Shown here: positions 39,366-52,698 of the stretch, in pieces
Layout of the letters: each line of letters begins with the position of its first letter
Numbering within the stretch: position 1 is the first letter of the stretch
Source: Lingula anatina
Taxonomy: Eukaryota > Animalia > Brachiopoda
DNA: 64,000 nucleotides
Assembly (NCBI GenBank): GCA_051362555.1
Contig: CM120640.1
Coordinates: forward strand, 23,050,225 to 23,114,224
Direction of reading: 5' to 3'
Notes under the pieces: model-generated
Seen by the model: the letters and a program-made list of their open reading frames with translations, nothing else
What the model was told of the DNA's origin: nothing
Databases searched by the model: none
Translations under genes and position numbers: made by a program

Positions 39366-40996
39366 CATTTCAGTAATTTAATCAGAACACAGTGCGTATT
39401 ACACATGTCATAGGGAACGAATAATTTCTGCGAAACACTTCTCGATACAAACAAACAAAAAAAAACGGATTTTGAGCACACTTCACTACCTTCCATTCTT
39501 GTTATTATCAAAACTTTTTCATTTTTTTTTTTTAAACACTACATTCAAATCCGCTTGGTTATCTTTCATTTTTAATTTTTTAATTAATTTATTCCTATTG
39601 TCTTTTAATCATTCCATTTTTAGAATTTCTGTTGTCCCGACGGACATCCAATATTATATCTCACCTCGCTGCTATAGGCCTCCGTGCGTTAGGTGGTTTT
39701 TTACTAGTGAAGAGATTTGATGGTTTAAATAAACACGGCAGATTTAATTCTTATAATGATTATCAATTTCGAGTATCACTTTATTTTGGTAAAAAAAAGC
39801 GTCCCTGTGCCTTTAGTTGAAAAAAAAATTGTTGTTGTTGTTAATGATATAGAATTATTATATGGATAATATATAAGTATCTTAGTAATAAATGAGACAA
39901 ATTTATTTTAAAGTTTGATATGCACATTTGTGATTGTTTAGATTCAGAGTTGGCCAACTGCTAACCGGAGATACTCTGTGAAAATATTAATACTCGGTGG
40001 ACACGGATCTTGATTGCATTTAGAATACGTACTCTCTATGTGCATGTACCAGAGTCAAACTCACGTTGTCGTATCTCTAAACCAATACACAGACGCTGAC
40101 AGTGGTTCGTTTTTGAATTTTTGTCTCCTTAACCGAAAATGAGTTCCCAATTCCCGCCATTAAGCAATCGGAGGGTTTGGTTTAAAAGCACTGAGCTTAG
40201 TATTACAGTCTCACGGAGATAACCTATCATGATTATTAGTTTAATGTGCACTTAGAAACGCACTCTTTATATGTGAATTAAGGGATCTTGAAAGGGAGAT
40301 CGGACATTAGGTTTTTATGAACAAACGCGGTGGATGGAAGCGTCAAGATAGGCAATAGCGTAAATAACAATCTCCTTTTGATAGGAAACCGAAAATGAGT
40401 CGCATTAAAATATCATCAGTACCAAAGTCACCAAAGTTATCTGAAATGATTTAATGAAAGCATTCCCTGACACTACATAGATAACATAACATGCTGTCAA
40501 CATGAAAGAACTGCATTAAGCCTATATGTATTTCCAATGATCAGGATTGCGTGGCCCGTCGTGTTTTTAACATCATATGCATACCAATAAGTGCAGAACG
40601 AACGACAGAAAAATAGTTGTTTAAGTTACATTCATTGGCTCTTAGTTCTGTATTATTTACACGTGTAATGTTTTTACTTTTTGCTAGTTTTATCTGTAAC
40701 TCTCCAAAAAGGCATATATGGTGCATACCAAAACACAGACATCAAGCAGTTTGATGATTTGAGCCAAACACCACTTGCCGACATAAAAATGAATGTAGAA
40801 CTGAGCCCTTACGGACATAGAAATGTCACTGACTTCTTACTTCGTTATAAGGCCTCTGGCGACAAGACGTAGATAAACATATTATTAAAATCTTAAGCTC
40901 TGAACGTAGCATTTCTAGCTGTATATAGCGTCCGTGGAAGTAGTTGGCGACATTGAGAGAAACCTTGGATTTCTGATCTTGCTAGTATCCTGGTCT

Positions 40997-43974
40997 TCAC
41001 GCCTCGTCACTCAGCGTGGGGCATTCAGCGCCTCCGTTCATGGCGGGTTGCACGACGACACGGTACCTGATCTTCCTGCCAGTCTTACACTTGCCCTGGC
41101 ATGGGCCCCATTTGCCCCAGTCTGCTACCTCGCAATCTATGGGCGTGGCTGGAAAAAATATGACAGTTATTTTAGTAAAAAAGTTAATCTTGAGCTTCAA
41201 AATCATCACCCAATATTGTTATTTTTAATATAAAGCATTTTTGCCGCAAGATTCTGTTTTGAAATTTTGATCTCTACTTTTTAAAAGTTTTTTTGTATTG
41301 CTGGATTTTGTTATTAATTTTCTAGTAGGTTATCCAATAATGGCTAGATTCCCGTCAGATTTTTCGTATTCAAGACGAAGAAAGGAAGAAAAGAAGAAAG
41401 GCTGTTTGAAAATTAAAAACATTTGAAAAGATGTATTTTTTTCTTTGAGAAACATCACATACAGTTTAATAGTAAGTTCACTCATTCGCACAAGATGAAA
41501 TACGACGAGCCCAGTTTATGGATAACGAAGTTGTAAGGGAAGCCAGATAACTGGGATGTAATCGCCAATGATTACCAAGAGGCAGCCTTATGACGAGTCT
41601 TTTGATCCTACGACAGTAACTTTTTCAGGTCTCCCCTTTCGTGAGCATTTTCTACTTTTTAAATTTTTTGTCATATTGCCCCGTTAAATGTAATTTTTCT
41701 AAAGAAAACCACAAAACGCAACCAGGTTTCTGAATTATCAGAATGTACAAAAGCTGCCCAATTTGTATTTTGTATCTTCATCGGCATTATTGATGACATT
41801 CGTCAGTGCGCAACTTCCTCCTTTTTTCACTTAACTAAAGGTTAACATATCATTTTCTGATAAACTATTAAAGAATGAAATAAAATGAAATAACTCTTAC
41901 ATGTGCCCTCTTCCTCGACGTAGTCATTGTCATCAAGCAGATCGCTAAGGTTATCAACATCTGAGATGTCGATGGGAGCCTTCTCAAACGTCAAGGTTCC
42001 AATTCGTGGTAGCTTGTTCAGCTTGGGATAGTAGAATGGGCTTGCAGGGTGGCTTGGGCTCTTGCTGGTGATCTCTGAAATCTTCTCCTTGCTGGGCCAG
42101 TCTGGTGAGGTAAAGGTCAGTCCCTTGTCCACCCCAGCGTCGATGGGGTTCAGCTGAATGGTCACCTTGTCCTTCCATTGGTCACCTTCGCATAGGTCAA
42201 GACTGTCTACGCCCACGAACCAATCTGGGCTGGGAATCATTCGTATCACGATGGAAACCTGTGAAGTAAAGGCTTAATTAGTCGTCTTACTTATTGATGT
42301 GACTTGAGATGTACTCATCCGTGCCGTTTTGGTGTTAATTACTTCGTGTGGGACGAGTCATCGTGTGGCATTACTCATTTTATATGAACTTACATTACGT
42401 TGATTTTGATTCTCCATGTCCAAGTGATTTTGAATGGATGAAAGGATGCATTTAAATAGAAAACGTAAATTGTTAAAAATGCACACATCAAGCATGAGAC
42501 AGTGAGGTAAGTAAACAAATAAAGAACCGAAAAAACAAACGATGCCAGAAATGAATAAGCGTACGAATAATAAAGGAAAATTTTGCAAAAAAAGTCCTGA
42601 ATACCACAGCCAAGCTATATCTAAAAATCTAGTTGATCTTACACTTGGGTGCTTTCCGTCAACAAAGAAGCTGGTTCTGGAGACACCTGTGCCGGCGGGG
42701 AGCCTGGGGCCAGTGAATACATCGAATATGCCCTTCTGGCCTTGAGGATCCTGGTCCAAAATCGCAGTAGCGCCGGATTTGGCAAACTGTTTCAGTCCGT
42801 TGTTTGCGAATTGTCCCAAATGCCACATGCTGTATGTGCTATCGTGGGAGCGACCTACAAGTAGAATTGATTAAAGGTGTCATGACTGTTCGTATCAGAT
42901 TCATATTTCATAATAAAAACACCGTAAACAACCCATTGAAAAATAATATATTCCATTTTTCCACCAAAACAGTGGTTATTGCAATTATTCTGGAATCTGT
43001 GCTTGCCATCAGACTACATGGTCCTTTCAAGATGACTATACCTCCGTAATAATCTCTTAAGATATTTATACAAAAAACAAACTTTGGGAAAAAACGTGGA
43101 CTAACTTTGAATGTCGAAATGGTTTCATTAACCTTTGGTTAGTATGGCAAAATCATCGTTTACCCCGGGAAAATCCGTTTTTTTTTTTGTTTTTTTTTTT
43201 TTTTTTTTTTGTTTTTTTTTTTTTTTTTTTTGCCAAAACGAACAGTTGTTATCCTCTTAAGGTGTATCAGACCGGGGAATAAGCAAATTAAACTGATAGG
43301 GAACACAGAACGTGTTGTATAGTTTAGCCTTAATAGCAAATATCTATATGTAAATAGAAGAAAAAGAACAGAAATGACTATCGTACCCAATTATATATTT
43401 GAAAGTACATAATGTATAAAATGGACCAAAATTGTCAAATTTGGTCGACAAGATATGATTGCTAGCGATAATGACAAACCTGCGATTAATGTAATGTAGC
43501 GGACGATTCTTATTGCTAAAAGTCGAAGTGGAAAATACTTAGTTACTTAATGATCTCCAGGCAAAAAAATCAGGTTTCCACGGCAATCAATTTTTTTATC
43601 TTCTAAGATCACAACCACTACGCTTTTTTGCATACACAGAAAGGGTGTCATTAGCAATTTTTAAATGTCTTTTATTTGTACTGTTATTAGAAATTCGTGA
43701 ACTTTCGTCTAAATTGCAGTCAACTTATTGAAAACCTTGCCGTTAAAACCGCAGAATTCACTTAATAATTAAAATGTTACTCACCCATCATTTTGGACCA
43801 GGAGGCAGGGCCATAAGGTCTTCGTAGTGGGAACATTTTTGGAAACTTGGCCTTTGTCCATTCTCCCCTGTATTGCACTACGTACCGTGCAAGCCCCGGC
43901 GCATTGCAAGACGTCGCCGCGTAGGCCACCGCTGCAAATACCGCCAGCAACAATAGGTACAAACTCAGATTCAT
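40997..43974 (-). CDS. SPON2: Spondin-2/mindin-like secreted protein (Spondin_N plus one TSR)
   Basis: Exons 43974-43785 (signal peptide; CNAPGLARY...[10 protein letters not shown]...ASWS), 42854-42643 (GRSHD...MWHLG), 42258-41901 ([17 protein letters not shown]...[13 protein letters not shown]...[11 protein letters not shown]), 41148-40997 ([15 protein letters not shown]...NGGAECPTL). Confidence 0.9.
42875..43256. mobile_element. Kolobok-like element, diverged copy 2, in spondin intron 1
   Basis: Colinear with 36000-36311 (aataaaaaca, gactaactttgaatgt, ttcattaacc shared); TTAA at 42871-42874 and 43257-43260; internal poly-T expansion at about 43178-43231. Confidence 0.8.
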
Positions 43975-45207
43975 TGTTTTTCGACAAGAGCGTTTCCTTT
44001 AACTGCCAATATCCCGGAAAGCCTTTCCCTTGCAAGAGCCGCAGAAATTCTGAGGAAGCTGCGTGTAACGCCACGCTTAAATGAGCACTTCATTAGCATG
44101 CAGCTCCTAATTTATTGCTCCATGATCGATTGGGGAATCTCAATAGCGAGAAAGGAAAAAAGCAACGAAAAAACTTTTCCATTCCCTCTAAATCAGACGA
44201 CTTGAAAATCTCAAATGAATACGAATTCGATTTTATTATTGTGACAAATAACATGTGGATGTATTAAACACCAGGAAATTGGTGAAATGAAACAGCGTTC
44301 TCGCTGTTAATAAGTGAGGAAGAAATTATGTTCCAACAGTTATGTGTATGGGGATTTTTCGAGTACAGAAGGCGCCGTTTGCGTGGGCTAGGCACTATTC
44401 AATCACACTCTTATTTCACTTAATGTTACCAATGTACGCGTACGAACCTTTCATCATTTCTAAGTAACGAAATAAGGTGTCCCTCAATAAGCAACTAGTA
44501 ATCTCAAATCACTAAATCATGTTTATCATATTGCTAGAGTCCCGTAAATGTGTATCATTATCTATACGAATTGGTTGACAATGCACATTTTTCAATCAAT
44601 CTTCTCCATAAGAGGTTTAGGAAAGTCCGTATTTGCTCACAGGATAATGGTTTGGGCGTTAAATCTACCTGACATTTACCAAGGGATCAGGTGGAGTGTT
44701 CAAATCGATAAATAACGATGCAATTTGTTAATCACTTGTCGCACAGACATGTGGTTTATTACGTTTTCATGCTCCGTAGTTTAATTAACGGTAAAATAAA
44801 AATCGCATTCGTGGAAACTTCTGTTGATAAAGATAAACGACACCGCCTGGGCCCTCTGCACAAAGTATTTTTGTTTCTCATGAATACTTATGTTAAAGCG
44901 ATGATGTTGAAGTTGAAGAGTAGAATCTGCTTCGGAGATGTATCAGATGTATCTAACGTAATTTAGATGGATCGGTTTGACAGGTCCTCCGTCGGTCTAC
45001 AGAGATATTCATTCAAATGTCCCAACTCGGGTGGCCCAATCGATTAATTTCCTGTAATATTTCACCCAGTCGCTACGTTATAATTGTTTCAAATACAATT
45101 AAACATCATGGCAGCACGTTTTGTATAAAAAAATTATGCACTTCAAGTTTACTTATCACTGATATCCGTTAATTGAATTTTAATGCATTTGCTCATTTTT
45201 AGGCAAG

Positions 45208-45208
<1 letters not shown>

Positions 45209-45247
<39 letters not shown>
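45209..45247 (+). repeat. (AAT)n microsatellite
   Basis: Read directly from the sequence. Confidence 0.95.
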
Positions 45248-45249
<2 letters not shown>

Positions 45250-48171
45250 AGATGAAGCAACAAACGCCGAAGTATGATCTGCCAAATAAAAGTTCTACAC
45301 AACCAGATCCAAAACGCTTCATCTGCACTTGGATCCATCAAGGTTTACAATTATTCCTGATACAGTGTTCTATTCTCTCCAAAAATGAGATTGGAACTGA
45401 ACACTGTTATCACTTTCAATATACACACATTTTGCATTTTGGTGTAATCAGCCACGGTTATCAACGTGAGACGATTCCGTGCGTAAAACTTTCCTTGATT
45501 TTGCAAATACTCTGAGAATGATCTGCGCCTGTATGAGGATGCCACTCCGAGGAGTGCCAAATGAGAAATGAGGTTGTTGGTCGTACTTTTAACTGTGTTA
45601 TTATCGAGGTACAACTTGGTGTAATGTACTAAAATTGAGTTATAAAGTAACCCTAAAGTACTCGTCCCCTTATAATTTAAATCACTTTGAATATGGATAG
45701 ATGAACAACCATGACACTTGGCATATATGTCGATGACATAAGTTAACCCCCCAAATTTCAATACAGATTTTAAAGATTTTTTATTTCAACCTCTGACACT
45801 CGCTGAACTCAATTTCATATAAACTGCTCGTATATCTTAGTATGGCAGGCGTAAATGGAATAGCACTAGGCTGTTTAGGTGCTTCTGGCCAATAACAAAC
45901 AGCTTTCAATTATTCAATATCTTTATGCTCACCGGCGCAAATTCATGTAACAACCTCATCCCGGTGGCTCTAAAGATGTCCCCGGTCTGCTACATTGCTA
46001 ACACAAGTAATATCTAAAACAAATGAAGAAAAAAGGCTTTCATTCATAACATTTATTTTATTTTATTTATCTATTATTTTTATTTTTACTTCGAAGCAGT
46101 TTTGACACATTGGCCTCTTCTTCAACCTATTCAGTGCAACTGAAAAAATGCGGTGAAACAAATTTCAACTGGTGTTGAATACATTTAACAGTGCGTATGC
46201 GTAATTGGTCCACAATATCATTTTGTGTCTATTTTAAAAATATCTCAAATCTGAAAATATATTCACTTATCTAGGAATGCCGTTTCCTTTTCTTTCTTTA
46301 TTGGAATATCGACCCTTATCCAATTTTAACAGCCGACAGTCTGTTAATAAATACGATCCATATAAGAATGGGCGTGCTGTTTGTGGAAATGATCTAACAT
46401 TATCTACTCACAACAGTGACGCTGTACAAACAGACTACCGGAAAATGGATTAGCGAAGCAAATTTATCAGAATTTGTAAATGCTACGATTCAGATTGGGA
46501 GCACTACATGAGGGCATATCGAGAACTTCACTAAATTAGAGCTGGGACAATGCAGAAAGTGGGGTCTAGTTTTGATCAATTTTGATCAAATTTATAATTC
46601 CCATGCAGAGTTACCCTGTAATGCACAATTCTCTAGCCAAGACCAAAACAGAAGCCTTGAGATTCTTATCCTGCCATCGAGTGCCTTGAATGAGGACACG
46701 CAGATCCCAGGGACAGCTCAATTACAATACCAATACATCAACCATTAGCACCAACAACCATGTGTTTATAACTACACACTTTTTAGAACATGACAAACAA
46801 GCTAACAGTGTTATTAATCAGTAATAATTACAAAAAATTCAATAAATCAATTATCTAGTGGATCAATATATAAATAAATAAAATGGTGAACTAATAACAT
46901 CTAAAAATACACATTAACAAACATACGTTGTTCATCACTCACAAAACTGTTTTGTAACTTTGCACACCTTTTAAAACATTTTACATATTTTTAACAAGAC
47001 ACCAGCAAATTTTTTACGATGACAAGAACATACTCTAAATCACAAAACGTGATGTAACCAGATAATTCAGTTCCCTCGTCACATCATTTTGCACTTATTA
47101 TTGATGAAAATACTAATTATCACAGCCAAAATTCTTGACAGATTGGCATGCTATAGATTTGCTTGAACAACTTCCAACCAAATGATTTTTCTGCAGTCAG
47201 CTTAGTTATTTTTTATTATGGGTTGTCTTCTGAGGGACGTGTAGAAGCCTTTCATATACAGGTACATTAAAAAACAAGTGCCTGGATAAAATCTATGACA
47301 TAAGATTGGAGAAACGAATATTCCTGAAGATGAATGGGGTGTTTTGACTCACTAATGTAGTGCAAGATAATAAAGGGTAGGATGCACATCTATCATCCTG
47401 CACAGTCCAAATGGATACGTATTTTGGATCCAGAAAGCTAGGTCTTTTAAAGCATCAACTGTGATGTTATATCATGAGATTCCTTTGTCTATAAAATCCC
47501 CATGTTGATAGGCCTTAATGCTATATTGTTTTAACTCTTCACCCTACCAATAAACAAGAAAATTGCATTGCTTATAATGATAGCCATAAGAAATATTTTG
47601 AGATCACTGCCTTTAAAGTGGAACTGGTGAACTTCTGATGAACCATGAAGAGGATAATGAAACTCTTGAAAGACTAATAAATAGTAGCAAGGAAACAGCA
47701 ATAATATAATGCTGCAGCTGATCACAATGAACAATTACAGATCATGTTTACTTGATTCACACTTATTATGGCACAGTCATTGGATTCAGATGTTTTATAG
47801 ACTTTTGACAGCCTAATATCCGAAAATATCACAAATATCCACAATAAACTGAAAAGTTATGTCTTGTAGTATGGTTTTAGAGACATCTATAAAAGGTAAA
47901 CATTTTACTCGTACAAAAAATTCATTTATGTAGAATTGGTTAGATAATGTGTTTTATCAGTAATTTTCAAGTTTAACACTTTAGTGAGAAATAAATGGAC
48001 AAGGCATTAACAGGACTTATTAATAAGTGAGAAATAAAAATAAAATACCACTTACAATTATTTAAACTGACATCGAATTAATTCATTAATAAAAGATTAA
48101 CCATTTGACACGTTTATAAACTTCTAAATAATACATATCACATTGTGACCAAAAATTTCCAAAAAGGAAAG

Positions 48172-51100
48172 TCACATAATTGGCCAATCTTGAGGGATTC
48201 GAATAATCTCTTCCTTGGGATCTTCCTCAAAACTTCTGGAAACTCTTGGAAATATTGTCACATGGTGGAGATCTTTTCCAAGAGAATCCATAAGAGTAAC
48301 ATTCATACTGTCCAGTGTCACCTGGCCTAGCCCAAACCCTCCTAGGCTCTGCATATCAGACCAGAAGAATTTTGATGAATTATGTGGTACATGAGGGGCA
48401 TTGTGTCGGTCATGATTTACCAATGCCCCAAAGCCAATGACAAAATAGTTCACAGTCCAGTTGTGATCTGTCACTGATAAATGCTGAAATGAAAGACAGT
48501 TTCATCATAACCTGATATAAGAATAGGAACAGACAAAGCAAGTAAAAGAGAAAACCCTAACCCTTTCACATGACTTCCGTTTTAAAATCACTTCCCTTCT
48601 TCTTTTACAATACATAAAAATATGGTAATTTATTTTCTATATTTTCTTATTAAAATGAGGAAATCCTCCAAAAGAGAAATTCCTTATCGGTGGATAGTAT
48701 TATGTAAGTTATACATTTTTAAATCATAAAATCATCGGCAATTTTTGAATCTTTTATTATCCATTCACATTCTTTCTGTAAGACAGTATGCCATCATTCT
48801 TCAGAAAAAAATGTCATAAAGAATGGAAATCAAAATATGTTTTTTTTCTTATTAAAAGCTGAATCTTTCACAAAACAAATGTTTGCTTCAAGAATCGTGT
48901 CTGACTTCTTACCTGCAAGTTATGGTCATGTCCACACAAATATGCATTTACTTTATATATGTGCAGCAAGGGGTGCAGCCTGTCTCTTAGACAAGTAGTA
49001 GGACCATGGTAACCAATAGAATAGGTGGGAAAATGACCTGCCACCACAACATAAGTTGACCTAAAATACATTGATTTTACACTAAAATGGACAACCTTTA
49101 CATGTTTTATTAAGTGTAAGAATGGTAAAATATTACAATAGGCCGATGCTATTAAAAATGATTCAATACCCAGGAATAAAGATAGGAATAAATTTGCTTT
49201 TATGAAAGCAAGTTATATGATGAGTAAATTATGTATGTTCTAACTTGCTTACTAACATCCAGAGGCAGACAAGGTGTTTAATGAAATTTTCATTAAAATA
49301 TATATTTTCACTGTTAATTACACAAGCAGGGAAAATGATAATCAAAACTCTTTTCCTGTCAATAAATGTTTCCAATTCAATAAGTTTTCTAATTTATTGA
49401 ACCGTGGCTTTTCAAGGAAAAACAAATAAGCAGTATCATACTCCCTGCAATGTTAACGTTACTTTGATTATTGGTCTGTCAAGCAAGGCGATTTATAATT
49501 GAAGAAGGGAATTTCCCTGTGGGCAAAATTCCAAATTCCCAATGAACTTGACTTTGTGAAATATTTATCACTGGCGGACTTAACACTGTCCCAGGCATAG
49601 CATCAAATGGCATAATTCAAGTTAATGTGCTTAGACTGTATCTCTATGAATGTCTCCCCTTGACCTGGTCACCATCCAATTAATTCATTCTAACATCAAT
49701 AAGTTATCTGGCATATTAAGAAAACTTTTAAATACTACTGAAGAGCTGTATACTATCTCTAAGTTGACAAAAATCACTTGTGTTTTGTAATACAACACCA
49801 CCTGAACAGCTATGTAGCTACCTGTTGGCACTTTTCAGAGTTTCCTCAATCCACTGCCACATAGCATCTGCCTTTTTTGGATCAGCAGGGCCAAGTGGGG
49901 GTTCCCCTTCATAATGAGTTCCTGTGTTCCCACACAGCACTATGGTATCTAACATGATGAGGGTTAGATTCCCTGCACCATTACCAATGGGAACTGTTAT
50001 TGTGTAATTGTGGTCTGGCATGTACCTGGAAAGAAGAGAGAGAATTCAACTACATTTAAAAAAAAACTTTTTGACAAAGCCTAAATTTTGCAATATTAAA
50101 AAATCAATATTAGTTTTGTACTAAAACACCATTTTAAATTTATGTACAAAGATTAATATAGAATATCAGTACATGGCACAATGCATCCTCGTCTGTTATA
50201 AGTACATGTAAAAAGAAGGGTGCAAACCTTTAAGTAAATATATTTCCACTTATAAATGTTTTATAACATGAAAAGAAAGTTGGAAAAGTATGTAATTCAA
50301 GTTCTACCATTATTATGTACAGTGATAACATAAAGAAGGGAATTGTTCATTTGTCCATATTAAGTTTTCTTTTCGATGTTATACAATGTTAAGTGAGCTG
50401 AACTAAGACATTGGACAAAAAAAAAAAAAAAAGATTGGACTGAGATGGACGGTTGGATCATTTAGGTAATATTAACACCTACATCTGTAATCTATTCTTT
50501 GCAGATATATTGCCCCTATGGTTATTAAAAAGGAGCCATACGAGAAAGGGGGAAAATATCTGAGATACCTACCATCTTCCTGAGGTGTCTTTTCTGTGAG
50601 TGTAGAGTATCTGTGCTGAGATATTGCCCCTGTGGTCATGGTTTCCAGGAATAACATACCAGGGTGTTTGTAATGCATCGTGTGTGAACACATCCTCAAA
50701 TGTTTCCTGGATAAACCAGAAGAAAATATTTTACCACTTTTGACCCTGGCTTTACAAAAATCTCTCAACATTTATTGTGAGACCAAAAATGATCAATCTC
50801 GAGACCCATCATAATTGAATAAAAACTCTTTAAAGTCTGTGATTCCAAAGGAAAAGCCCAAGTCTGCTTTTGTATTGTGAATATGAAGGTGGGGGAGGTG
50901 GGTATACTATTTGTAATTTGCTAAATTAAAGAAAAAGGAGGATGACATTTGAGCATGGCTTCTGTTAAGTGTCATCATATCACATCCACATCCAAACATT
51001 TTATAATATAAAAACATTGTATCTTATTTGCATGAAAAAAATATACACATTGTGTAATTTGCTAAATCAAAGAGGAAAGAGAATGCCATTTAAGCAGATC

Positions 51101-52698
51101 CATGGTGATAATTTCCTGCATTTCACAAGGATGATCAATGAAATGATGCTAAAGGCACTTAATTCTTTAAGAAATATGGGACTGGGAAATCATCACCAGT
51201 AATTATTACACAACATTAATGGGCAAAATATACAAGGCTAAGAAGAGAAAAAACAATCAATCAACTGATAATTAAATTGTAAACACTAAGTTTTACCCAG
51301 GAGACTCAAATCATTCTCAATGATGTTTGTGCTTCTTATGTTTCAATTCATTATCAAAAGAGACAAATACCACTCAGGAATATTTATCATATCAGCTTTT
51401 ACAGTTTTGGGATACTAAAAGGTAATCTGCATCAAGCTGAAAATGCCCCACATTCATATTTATATCCTGCAAAGCTTCTTACATTTCCCAATTCATACCT
51501 TAGAGGCAATAAAACTTCTTACAAACTGTATTCTCTAGTGTATCAAAAGAAACATATATGTGAGCCACGGTTTTGTGGCAATGTACATGTGTATGACTCA
51601 TCCAGCATGTTTTACGGTACAAGATAAACAAAATCGGCGACGGTTTTAGTGGCATTTTGTATTGGCAAGACGATAACTGCAGTCAGTTCTGGATTGAGTT
51701 CCGAAGAGATGATTTTTTTTTTAGAACAGATGAAAATTAATGCAGGCTCAGATTTCATCCATAAAAAATTTTAATATCTGTGGCCTATTACATCTGTAAA
51801 TTTGTAAATGGATTTGGATACATTAACACTATGGTGGTGAAAGAAAAGTTGTTAAAATTTCCAGGAAAATCAAACGTTGGCTATAAAAAGGTTTAACACA
51901 CTGGTTTATTTTTAATTTGCTTACCTTGAATCTGACATCCTCCACATTCCTAACACCTCGAAAATAAATGTTGTCTCCCACTGAAATAACAAACTGACTA
52001 TTGACCTCATCTGCTACTTTCCCCAGCTGTTTGGCCACTGCCCGCTGTATGCGTGAACTGTAGGGATAATGTGGCTGCCCACCCCAGTCTCCGACAACCA
52101 GGAAGTTTAGTTCTTCATTTTCAACTGCTGTTTCTATTAATATATAAAATGATCTTTGTATTTTGATAAATAAATTAATAAAAGCAATATTTATGCCATA
52201 CAATATTTTTTTATTAGTTCTCACAATAAGTCATGCTACACTGATTGAGTTGGGTGCATGTACACATCCGTGTTTGACAGCCAGTTAAAAGTGGGGGTTA
52301 CAAAAGTCTTCATATATTTTGGATGCTTTTGCACTTCAAAAACAAATTATATCTTGTTACCAATAAAATTCAAAGTTGCGTTACGTTGGATTATGTTTTA
52401 GACTTTAAAAAATTATAAATTTATAATGGGCACTGATTATAAAATAATTATTATGAAATCAAAATACTGGTAGTAGTGGTGCAGTTTGTACATGTACATT
52501 GCGTGCTGAACCGAAAAGGATGGACTGATTGGATTTTCGTCATGCATAATTAATCGACTTAAATACAACTGGAACAAATTGCTTGATTTCTTAAAAAAGA
52601 AACACCTTGTTACCTGTTATAACGTTACTATAACTAAAACACAAAGTAATCAGCAAAACATAAATCCTCTCAAAAGTCCATAACATCCCGTCAGCCAT
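48172..52698 (-). CDS. ACP5: Tartrate-resistant (purple) acid phosphatase type 5-like
   Basis: Exons 52698-52614 (signal peptide), 52133-51925, 50706-50573, 50025-49822, 49060-48913, 48483-48172. All metal-ligand motifs present: GDWG, GDNIY, GNHD, VAGH, GHDHNLQ. Confidence 0.93.

Noticed and set aside
40997-40999. Spondin TGA as selenocysteine
   Set aside because: The TGA lies one codon before the expected Cys position, a TAG follows five codons later, and no SECIS could be recognised.
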